NCBI GenBank assembly: GCA_036785375.1
Contig: JAWMAR010000400.1
Location: forward strand, 372,001 to 436,000
Reading direction: 5' to 3'
DNA length: 64,000 nt
From: Leucoraja ocellata
Lineage: Eukaryota
This document shows, piece by piece, positions 26,301-38,300 of the stretch. The position numbers were made by a program, and so were the translations under genes. The notes beneath the pieces were generated by a model. It worked only from the letters and a program-made list of their open reading frames with translations, was not told the origin of the DNA and made no database searches. How positions within the stretch are numbered: the first letter of the stretch is position 1; each line of letters starts with the position of its first letter.

Positions 26301-29300
26301 TGTTGGAGGCCGCTCCTCGTTGCAGCCCCAACGACAATGGAGACCCGACAAAGAAAAGGTCGGGTCTCCCGTGCAGGGAGAGATTTAAAAGTTACCCCCT
26401 CCCTCCCACCCCACCCCCACCCCCCCACACACACACCCCAACAAAAAATAACAAAAACTACATAGAAACATAGACAAAAAATAATAAAAACGCAGACGGG
26501 CTGCAGAGGCCGCTGCTGACGAGAGTCGCGCCGCCTACCGGAAATCACCAGTAGTGATTGTCTCTGTGCGAGGACCTCAGAGTCATAATACGTTCACTGA
26601 AAATAAGCCTCAACAATCGTCCAGGTTCACAAAAGAATAAAAGCCATCTAACAAAGAACCTGGGGCGAATCACCACAGGTGGTGTTAAGCTGAAGGGAAA
26701 AATAACCACAGTTGGAATGGAAGGGGAAATGGAAAGTGAATTTTTTGGTCAGCTATCCCATGAGGGGCCAAGAATCCACAAAGCATTCTCTTGGATTGAT
26801 TAGATTCTGGTTTGTCAGCAATACACTGCTCCCCAAGCCAACCTGAAGGCATTTACACATGGATTAAAGTCAGGGATCTGCTCCAACCCATTACATATGA
26901 GGAATAAATAATGAGTTCAGTGGAGGAAAGAGAAGGATACATCCATGAGGGCAACCATACTGCGACAAGACTCCCGAGCAAACCCTTCAGTTTTAAGATT
27001 GTCTGCAAGGAGAAACAAAATATTAATATACTGTCGATAAATTGATAGGTGAAGGATTAAACATCTATGAGCAATGTGCAAAAGTGACCAAAATAAAACT
27101 ATATAGCAAACTTGCTCCACCAGCAATATGTGGAATCTACTTCCCATTTAGACTTGTGGAGGCTGAGAGAGGTGTTGCAATTAATACATTACATTCTGTG
27201 TAAGGTGTTCATTCTGATTTAGCATAAACATGTATGCTCATATTGCCAAGCTCTTACACACTCTGGTGTCCAACCAATCAGTTGGAACAAACAAGCCTGC
27301 CCCACCAACATTAAGATCATGGCTGATCTGATTGCAACCTCATCTCCACATTCCCGTCAACTCCACATTCCCGTCAACCCAGTTACCTATTGAATGTGTA
27401 GGAAGGAACTGCTGAAGCTGGTTTACACTGAAGATAGACACAAAATATTGAACTCAGCGGGTCAGGCAACATCTCTGGAGAAAAGGAATAGGTGACATTC
27501 CGGGTCAAGACCCTTCTTCAGAATGAGTGTCAGGGAAGAGGGAAACTAGAGGTATAAAAAGGTAGGAAAAGAACAAATTAAAGCCAGCAATGATGATCAA
27601 GGAAAGGTGGAGTCCACAATGGTCCATTGTTAGCTGTGGAAAAGGTAATAATGAGTAGAGACAAACAGAGAAAACTAAGCAGGACAGCAGTGACACTAGT
27701 AGGGCGACAAAGGTGGGGGTGTGTGGGAAAATGAGAGAGAATGCAAGAGTCACTTTGACTGCTGAAGCTGGAGTAACTCAATGGGTCAGGGTGGAGCGTT
27801 TCCTTGATGATCTAATTTGTTCTTTTCGTGCCTTTTCATACCTCTAGTTTCCCTCTCCCCCGACTCTCTTTCTGAAGAAGCATCTCGACTCGAAAAGTCA
27901 CATATTCGTTTTCTCCAGACATGCTGCCTGATTCGTTGAGTTACTCGGGAATTTTGTGTCTATCTTCACTGTAACCTGAAGCTCCCTTATCAAGAAACCA
28001 TCTACCTTAGATTTAAAAAAATATTCTATGATTCTGTTTCTTCTGGGGAAGAGAGTTGCAAAGACGCACAAACTTCTGAGTAAAAGAAATGCCTCATCTC
28101 TGCCTGAAGTGGATCACCCTTATTTTTAAGCAGTGAGTCTAATGCCCCTGTCCCACTTAGGAAACCTGAACAGAAACCTCTGGAAACTTTGCGCCCCACC
28201 CAAGTTTTCCTTGCGGTTCCCGGAGGTTCCTGGAGGTTTTTGTCAGTCTCCCTACCTGCTTCCACTACCTGCAACCTCCGGCAACCACCTGCAACTTCCG
28301 GGAACCGCACGGAAACCTTGGGAGGGGCGCAAAGTCTCCAGAGGTTTCCGTTCAGGTTTCCTAAGTGGGACAGTGGCATAAGTCCAGATTTTCCCCAAAA
28401 CAAATATCCTCTCCATTTCCACCTGTCAAGTGCCCTTGGGATTTATTTGTGCCAATCAAGACCCTTCTGACACTGAATTCCAGAGGAACAGCCCTAGTCT
28501 ATCCAACCTATCTTCCTAATCAAGATATCACTGCAGTAACCCCCTGAACTGCTTCTAATGTATTAAGCATCTTCCTTAAATAAAGGAACCAATATTGTAC
28601 ACCAGATGTGGTCTCACGAAAGCAAAACCTCCTGAGTTTGGTCAAAGTCCCTCCATGATAAACAGTAACGTTCTGTTAGTTTTCCTGATTACTTGCCACC
28701 TACATATTTACCTTTTGTGAATTATGCACCTGACAACTCTGCCATTTCTCACCATTTGGCCAATGTACTTTAAATTGTTTTTGACAAAATGGAGAATTTG
28801 ACACGTTCCTGTTAAATACACAATTTGCCAGGTATTTTGCTCACTCACATCTATGTAAAGCCCTTGCAGCTTCAATAACACCTGTCTGCCTTCTTCGCCA
28901 CTTACTCTCCTACCTATCTATATACCATTGGTAAGTTTAGCAACCATACTATCATGAGGTTGAACTTTCCAAAACATATCACAACGTTTAAGAAACATTT
29001 AGATGGGTGCATGGATAGAATAGGGTTAGATGGATATGGGCCAAATGCAGGCAGATGCGATTAGTGTAGATGGGGCATGTGGGTCATCATAGGCAAGTTA
29101 AGGGGCTGTCCCACTTGGCTGACCTAATTGGCGAGTTTAGAAGAGTTTAAAAAAATGACATGTTGAAGACCTCCTTCGACTATGTAGAAGACCTCCTTTG
29201 ACCTCCCTTCGACTATGATAAAGACTATCTACGACTACCCTCGACTACCCTCGATTACCTACGACTAACATGCCGACCTACTACGACTAGACCTACGAGT

Positions 29301-32300
29301 AAAAAAGTATCGATTTTTTCCCTGGCGACCTTTTTTTACTCGCGAGCATTTTTTTTAACATATTGGAAAAAACGCCCCGACCTAGCTGAGGCCTCGAGTA
29401 CGCGGAGACCACTCTCGAGCATGAAGGAGAGTTACGAAGACCTCCTACGACCTCGTGTTGACCATGCTGCGAGTATGAGTCACGGGCAAACTCGCCAGAA
29501 CGCACAGATTAGGTCGCCCAAGTGGGACAGGCCCTTTAAGCCAAAGGGCCAGTTTCAACAACCAGTCTCCTGAAGGGAATGGGAGTTCGAGGGCAGGCCT
29601 TCCGGCAAGCTGTCAGGTCGCTGCCGAGCGAAGCAGCAACTGGCTGTGGCTGAAGAGGAAGGACTCCAACTGGGCTGCAAAGTGACCAGCAAGAGGGGAA
29701 AACAGAGGGGAGCACACCTGGGATGCCAGGTGTTGCTGTTGAGCCCTCTGGAGGTGTCGTGGGCCTATCAACAAAACTCCAAGGAAGGAGGGTGCCCACC
29801 TGATGATCCCAATTGAGTTTTTACCCCTACCCCCATTAAAGATAGTAAGAAGGTGCCAATTATAGTAGTTATTGTAATATCAAGTCCTATAAGCCCAACT
29901 GGAAGTGTATGTCTCCCTTCCTCCACAGCACATTACTTCCTCAAAGAATACTAATAAAATAACTAAACAATATCACTTTCATCAAACTATGCTTTAGCAA
30001 GATGACCTTTTTTGTCTAAGTGTCCAACTTTAACATCTCCATTATTAGCTTCAAACAATTTTCCTCTGACAGATGCTAAGCTGGCCTGTAGTTTCATGCC
30101 ATCTTTCCTTCCCTTTTTGAATAAAGGAATTATATTTTCTAATTTTCAGTCTGGTAGAACCTTCTCCAAATTGAGACGATTCTGGAAAATTAAAACCAAA
30201 CATATATAAAATCTTCCACCCAGTTTGAATGGTCCATTAAGCAAGAGATAGGGTGCCAGGTATGACTTTTAGAGACATCAAATAGTGGGCACTGTCGCAG
30301 CATTTTTTCATGTTGTTCCAATAACTACCATGTACAGTATTTAGAACAATCTTTCGCCCAACTTGGAGTGATTGTTAAATATTATTTACGATGGTAACAG
30401 AACTTAAAGAAAAAAGGGCGGCCCATCAGGGATTCCAATAACCAGCAAGTTTGATCTAGAAACATCTGAATGCCATTTTCTGCTATTAGAGTTGTATGCG
30501 GGTCACCTAACTGTTAGGAAGAGAGAGAGGATTAATTGTCACAATCATAGAGCAGTGGTGTCAAGCTTCCTTGTGTAATGACTGGTTGAAGTCAATGTTA
30601 ACAGTGCAAACCCTGTTGATGTGTTGCAAGTTCTTGCTGATCTCAATCTGTAGCCCAGTGGGTGCTATCTTTTCTCTTAAAGGAATATATCACAATACAA
30701 GTACAATATAACCCTTCAAGCTATAGAAGGTTGTTGCTGAAGGGGTCCACATTTCTTAAGTAGCACTTACGTTTTTTAACAATGCGGTTGAGGATGCTCA
30801 TCAGTTCAGCTGCAGAGATCTGCATGTCCTGCAGTGAAAGAAAGAATGGCCTGAGATGGTATTGCTGACACCTTTTCTCGTTGATCTAACAGGTAACTAA
30901 AGGACTCTTGAACTATCTCACCCATTATTATTTCAGCAATATATTTTATATTTTATTCACAATTAGCTGTTTGTCCTTTTATAGATTGAGCTATTATTTG
31001 ACAGAATATTGCAGGAGTCCATCCATCCAGAAGGAATGGGTGATATTTCGAGTCGAGAAGAAGGGTCTCAAACCGAAATGTTACCCATTCCTTCTTTCCA
31101 GAGATGCTACCTGTCCCACTGAGTTACTCCAGATTTTTGTGTCTATCTTCAGTTTAAACCAGCATCTGCAGTTCCTTCCTACACACTTTGTTTTTTAATC
31201 AAGATTCCAGCATCTGCAGTCTCTTGTGATTCCACAGTAACCTCCATTGTGTCAAGAGTGGTTGTAGCTCACACCAGGGGTCTCCCTCCAGTCCTGTGCC
31301 ACTCACCATGGCTGTCAGCTGCAGTTTACTCCTCCTGGGTACATTTGCTCACATTCTCTAACTCCACAACTTTGGACACTGTTTCTCTTTGATCTAACAT
31401 GTAACTAAAGGGCTCCTGAACTATCTCACCCCTTATTATTACAGCAATATATTTTATTCACAATTAGCTGTTTGTCCTTTTACAGATTGAGCAAATATTT
31501 GACAGAATATTGCAGGAGTCCATCCACCCCATATTCAGAGACTTCCCAACTTCCCTTTGAATGCCATTGTTGAGTCTGCGTTCACTACACCCATTGAGAC
31601 TGCACTCCAGATCTCACTCGTGTCATAACTTTTCCCCAGACCACATTTTCTTTATGAATCACATCCATTCTACGACTCTTGGTTCTGAATCCCTTTCACC
31701 AATGGGAACGGATTCCTGCTTCTTTCATGACTTTAAATGATCTCCTCGATACTTCCTCTTTCCTGAAGAACCACCCCACTTTCTCCGAATGTCCCACATT
31801 CATGAAACCAGTTAGAGAATATCATTCTGCACCTCACTCAGGAGCCCTACTGCCTCAAGAAGGCAGCATTTATCATTAAGGGTCCCCACCAACCCTGGCC
31901 TTGTCCTTTTCTCACCATGCCCGTCAGGGAGGAGATAGAGAAGTTTGAAATCACACACCTCCAGGTTCAGGAACAACTACTTTCCTACAACTATCAGGTT
32001 TTTGAACCAACCTGCACAGTCCCAATTCTCCCTTGACAACAGAACACTGTGGACCATCTTTTGCACTATCATGGACTTGTTTTTTTTCCTAGCTAGTGTT
32101 TTGTACTATTATATTGTAATTTCCTTTTTTGGGGGGCATTTTTTGCACAACCTTCTTTCTTTTACTATCTTGCAAAATGTTGTGTTATATATGTATCATT
32201 TATGTTTTTGCATGTTGATCTGCACGTGATGCTGCTGCAAGCAAGAGGTTCATTGCACCTCTACCTCAACGTACCTGTGCTTACGACAATAAACCCCAAT

Positions 32301-35300
32301 TGACTTGGGAGGATAGAAATATCCCAGTAAAATATCAGAAACACTCCAACATCCCACTGGCAGACAGAAATACTTACGTCTCCAGCAAGCTGTTTGAAAA
32401 TACGGCTGAAATGTAGATCTTCCTCATTCTCCTCCCCAGCTGTTGTTGGTGAGGGCTGACCATGGGTGGAAATAAAACCAAAGGTTATGCAGTTAGTGAG
32501 GGTTCCCTAGGCAACTCCGAAAAGACATTTGCACCTAAAGCTGTTTGAGATAATGTCTGAAAGCATGCAGGTACAGCAGGCAGTGAAGAAAGCGAATGGC
32601 ATGTTGGCCTTTATAACTAGAGGAGTCGAGTATAGGAGCAAAGAGGTCATTCTGCAGTTGTACAGGGCCCTAGTGAGACCACACTTGGAGTATTGTGTGC
32701 AGTTTTGGTCCCCTAATTTGAGGAAGGACATTCTTGCCATTGAGGGAGTGCAGCGTAGGTTTACAAGGTTAATTCCCGGGATGGAGGGACTGTCATATGC
32801 TGAGAGAATGGAGCGACTGGGCTTGTACACTCTGGAGTTTAGAAGGATGAGGGGGAATTTTATTGAAACATATAAGATTGTTAAGGGTTTGGACATGCTG
32901 GAGGCAGGAACCATGTTCCCGATGTTGGGGGAGGCCAGAACCAGGGGCCACAGTTCAAGAATAAGGGGTAAGCCATTTAGTCCTGAGACGAGGAAACACT
33001 TTTTCTCACAGAGAGTTGTGAGTCTGTGGAATTCTCTGCCTGGTGGAGGCCGGTTCTCTGGATACTTTCAAGAGAGAGCTAGATAGAGGAGTAGAGGGAT
33101 ATGGGGAGAAGGCAGGAACGGGGTACTGATTGTGGATGATCAGCCATGATCACATTAAATGGCGTTGCTGGCTCGAAGGGCCGAATGGCCTTCTCCTGCA
33201 CCTATTGTCTATTGATAAGTAAAAAGCTTGAGGACAGCAGCAGGTGGGTTTAGCAAGAGGGAGCTCACATTTACCTGACCCTGTGAACAGGCCTGTAGGG
33301 CTCAGCCAACAATAATGTCAGCCCAATACCAACCATCAGCAAGGTCATGTGTGGCATGTCCCTGTGTAGCACAAGCCTCAGGCAGTTAGAAGCACACTTT
33401 ATAGTGTAAGGCTGGTTCTGTTAATATTTCAAATAAACCTTGACCTCACCTCAGTCAACTATAACTCCCTTCATTCTGTCACTTAGCCATTGACAAAACA
33501 AACTCATTTTAGCACATCAGCTTCAGGCTACTGTTTGTGTCGATGATTTTGCTTTTCCCTAACTTATAGGATCTTAATTCTCCTTCACCACATGCAAACC
33601 CCTTCACAGATTTGCTGATATGTTTCCCATTACTGCTTCAATACAGACCGAATCTCCTGTTTTATTCAATTGTATTTATGTCCACACTCTGAAGGATGAA
33701 GAGCTGAAGGATGGACCAATCGTTCAAAATCCCCTTTGCTGAACAAGCTATTAACAGAGCACCTGATTGTCTGTCAGCACACCACTAAAAATCATCCTGT
33801 AATTGAGTTTGCACTTCTGATTGTCTTGTTCTCAGTTTCAACAGTAGACGCAGTTTCAGGTGTCAGATCTCACTGGTGACACAGTCTGGGAGTCAGTCTT
33901 GTTGGTGATAGAAACATAGAAACATAGAAATTAGGTGCAGGAGTAGGCCATTCGGCCCTTCGAGCCTGCACCGCCATTCAATATGATCATGGCTGATCAT
34001 CCAACTCAGTATCCCGTACCTGCCTTCTCTCCATACCCTCTGATCCCATTGGCCACAAGGTCCACATCTAGCTCCCTCTTAAATATAGCCAATGAACTGG
34101 CCTCAACTACCTTCTGTGGCAGAGAGTTCCAGGGATTCACCACTCTCTGTGTGAAAAAAGTTCTCCTCATCTCGGTTTTAAAGGATTTCCCCCTTATCCT
34201 TAAGCTGTGACCCCTTGTCCTGGACTTCCCCAACATCGGGAACAATCTTCCTGCATCTAGCCTGTCCAACCCCTTAAGAATTTTGTAAGTTTCTATAAGA
34301 TCCCCTCTCAATCTCCTAAATTCTAGAGAGTATAAACCAAGTCTATCCAGTCTTTCTTCATAAGACAGTCCTGACATCCCAGGAATCAGTCTGGTGAACC
34401 TTCTCTGCACTCCCTCTATGGCAATAATGTCCTTCCTCAGATTTGGAGACCAAAACTGCACGCAATACTCCAGGTGTGGTCTCACCAAGACCCTGATGCT
34501 ATTGAGGGTTCTTGATAGTCTTTTCAGTAAGGTCTCCAGAAGTCTGGTCCTGTTCATGAGACTACCTGGCTTCCTTACTTTCAATGTCTCTGTCTCTGTC
34601 TCTGCCAGATGTGCTTCCAAGATGAGACATCTGTGATCCGAGATGTCCTCTTTCTTCAGTAAACATGGCTTCTCTCAACAGTGGCTCCCATTTTGTCCCA
34701 TTGCTCTGCTCTCGCTCCCACAGGCCCCAGACAAAACAAGGATAGAGTCCCCCTGGACTTTATCATTCACCCCACCAGCCTCTGCATCCAAAGCATAAAA
34801 AATCGCAGATTTCCATCACCTTCAACGTGATCCCACCACCAGTCACATTTTGCCATCCCCACCCTTTCTGCTTTCCAGAGTCCATTCCCTTTGCAACTCT
34901 TTGGTTGATTTAACCCTTCCCACCCCTCCCCAAGCACTTTCCACTGCATCCACAGGAGAGGTAACAGGAGAGGTGACCCTAAACCTCCTCTCTCACTTCC
35001 ATCCAGCAGCCCTCCCTGGCGAGACAGGGATTCACGTGCACCTTTTCTATTCCACTTGGATAGCTTGAACATTGAATTCTCAATTTTCAGGTGCAGTACA
35101 GTACAGACATTTATTGTCACATACACCAATTGGTGCAGTGAAATTTGGGTTACCATGCAGCACACACATAAGATGAACACAACACTATAGAATTTAACAT
35201 CAAACATAAAAACATCCCCCCACAGTGGAATCAACATTTCCCACTGTGAGGGAAGGCAACACAGTTCAGTCCTCTTCCTCTTGGTCACCCACTGTCCGGG

Positions 35301-38300
35301 CCTATAACACCCATCTCTCTCTTTTCTCTGACCTTCCCCCACCCCAATGAGCACACATTTCTCTCACCATCTCACCGGTCACCCTGGTAATTTCCCCTCC
35401 AATGTATGCTCATTTCTATCCCAGTTCCCCATTTTTCTCTCCTTCCTCTGCCCCTTCCACCATATCCCTCCCTACAGCTTTGCAATTCACTCTTCTTTCA
35501 TTAACTGATACCCTTTTGTCACTTGCTCCACCCATCTGCTAATCAAACTTGCCTCTCCTGTACCAACTATCACTGCCCACACATTGCCCCATCCCCAGCT
35601 CTTCTCAAGCTTTCTCCCCCACTCCCTCATTGAAGAAGCGCCCCTACCCAAAACATTGTTCTTCATTCCCTCCATAGATGCTGTCTGACCTATTGAGTAC
35701 CTCCAGCCTTTTGATTTTTTGCTCAAGATACCAACATCTGCAGTTTCATGTGTCTGCCTAGTGTCTGGTCTTGTCAGTGAAACTGTCTGGTTTCTGATCT
35801 TGTCAGTGAGATTGGCTGGTGTCTAGTATTGTCAGTGAGACTGTCTGGGGGTATGGTCTTGTCGGTAAGGCTGGCTATAGCGTACGATGACATTGAACAA
35901 GCGTCTGGAGTGGCAATGTGATTCATCATTAGCCCTTTTTCCCTTCGACATCCAGAAATTCCCACTGCTCTGCCAGTAATTTACCTTCAGCTATATCTGG
36001 AAACACCATACTAAGCTGCTTGTCATGCCAAGCTCCTGAACCCTGTCAAACCTTTAGTGCATTCCCATCCACAAGCATCTGGAGTTGTTGTGGCAGCACC
36101 TGACGCATGGAAAGGAGGTGTGCAGAGCGTTTCAATAAATGTATGCAACAGCAAGTCATGCCAGCACATGAAGAAACCTTGATCTTTTTCTTGATTTCCA
36201 TTCTTTTCTCCCTCTCTTCCTTCTGCAAGTCTCCAGTGCCCTTAGCTCTATCAGAAACAAAGATGATTGGCTAGAGGAGAGAGTGAGTGGTTAGTGAAGA
36301 TACTGATGAACGTGGAGATATGGTGTGGGTTTGACAGGTGCCTTGAAGGTACAATTAAGCAAGATCCACCAATGGAATGGCCAAGTGAGCCAAAGGAGTG
36401 AGACAGACCCATTCACATTACTCTGTGCTGGATGACTTTTTCATGAAGCCTGCGCCACTGTTGACCCTGGCATTGCTGGGTAATGGAAGAGGTATTCCGC
36501 CTGCCAATACTCACCAATTGTAATCGACTCTGGTGAGGGGAAAAGTGGCACCTGAGCAACGATCCATGTTACACAGCAAAGGGAGTTGGGCGTAGTGCAG
36601 AGAGGTGGCAGAAAGCAAGACAGAATTCCAGTACCTTTGTTCATTTATGTTACAGACTATCTACTGACTTGGGAAGGGTTGTTTTTGTGTGTGGAAAGGG
36701 CTTGACAAAGTGGACATCCTGTAGGCTCTTCTTTTTCTCTGAAGCCTCTGCATTTTACAGCACCTCTCACTTTCAGAAAATTAACACGCGTGGGAAGGAA
36801 CTGCAGATGCTGATTAGACACAAAGTGCAGGAGTAATTCAGCAGGTCAGGCAGCATCTCTGGAGAAAAGGAATAGGTGACATTTCACGTCGATATGGAAG
36901 AAGGTTTCAGTCTGAACAAGGGTCTCGACCTGAAACGTCACCTATTCCTTTTCTGCAGAGATGTTGCCTGAACCGGTGAGTTACTCCGGCATTTTGTGTC
37001 TATGTCCACAGAATTAGCCCCAGGTTCTGCAGGGATTGATTTGGATCGAGAACCTCAAAACCAGCAGGAAGTATTCTGTGGATTCAAAGATGCAGCGTAT
37101 GGCAGGAGAAGGGGCTACCATGGAAGTGTGTGTGTATAATGTAAGGATATATGGGCAAGCCTTTAGCATGAGTAGAGGCTCTCTGCCACCTCCTACTTAC
37201 TATACACTACACCAACATTTACTTTCTTGTAGCACTGAAAAAAGTCTATAATACCCCCCTGTATCTCCTACTTGGATCTTCCTCTGCCTGCATGATCATC
37301 TCCAAGTCTGTCTCCTTGGTCCCCACCTTACCTTTGTGGACTAGTTCCCCCCTCCACAATCCCTCCACCAATACCTGCAGGTCTATGGCGATCCAGATTC
37401 CATTTGTAAGCTAACATTCCCCCTACACTTCTGCTTCGGTCCCAACATTTCTTCTCAATCCTGGAACAGCTGACCTGAGATGATCTGTGGTTGGCGAAAC
37501 CGAGACCACGATCCGGGCAGCGTCCCCCATCAATGTTGCTTCAGCTCGGTGTAAACCCGCAGGGGGCACAAGCTTACTGTCCCGATGAACCCCAACTTGA
37601 ACTGCCTTGCCTTTGTTTCCCTTCCCAAGTAACACCCACCACCTTCTGGCCTGGTCCACACCGCCATTGTCCTTACAGCTGCCAAGATTTTCTCAACATA
37701 TCCATGAGGCTTGTCTTCAAAACAGCTCTTCATTTTCAAATCCCTCCTTCCTACATGATATCTGCCTCCCCTACCTCTGTTTCACAAAGGCTACATCCTC
37801 TTGCTATACCCACCCTCTATTCCACTCTCCTTGGGTAATCGGTCAGAACTCCTTCCCAGCCTTCACTCAGCTTCACAACTCAATTCCTCTGCCTACTTTT
37901 ATTCCAAATGAATCTTTCTTACTTACAATGCTCTAAATATGCCTAGAATTGATTTTCTCCATCATCTATTATCTTTGTTTTTTTTATTATTGCAAACATT
38001 GTCTTCACTCTGACAAATGCAGCAATGAATTTGTTCAAATGGCAATTATGAGGGAAGAGGTTTATTGGACAAGTTTTTATAAAACTACCAAGAAGACATT
38101 ATGACTAAAGTTGTATATTATGAAGGGGACATAGCAACAATTTAATTTGAAATGTACAGAATAATAAATGATCCTTCAAGGAAGCATCTGTAAAATCCAA
38201 TATATGACAAAACTTCAAGAAAGGAAAGTATGTAATTATATCCTAACAGGTGGTCCTGACCAATAATAATCAACTGGAACATTAACTGAAACAATTGAAA

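Larger units (their letters stand above)
22683..26940 (-). other. CAPN3: U12-type (minor spliceosome) GT-AG intron 19 of CAPN3
   Basis: 5' splice site GTATCCTTC; branch site TTCCCTAAC (22696-22704) about 14 nt from the AG. Confidence 0.88.

Noticed and set aside
25651-26548. Overlapping 100-190 aa ORFs on both strands
   Set aside because: By-product of the high GC of a retroposon; low-complexity Arg/Pro/Gly translations with no domain.
29165-29300. Short GACCTCC/GACTAC repeats resembling a repeat-spacer array
   Set aside because: Units are about 10 bp with no unique spacers, lie inside a Harbinger MITE, and the context is eukaryotic; not CRISPR.
37223-37234. Alternative 12-nt microexon candidate (cag|TGC TAC AAG AAA|gtaaat, CYKK) for exon 15
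   Set aside because: Short pyrimidine tract, weak donor, no clear branch point and little similarity to exon 15; not excluded but unsupported.
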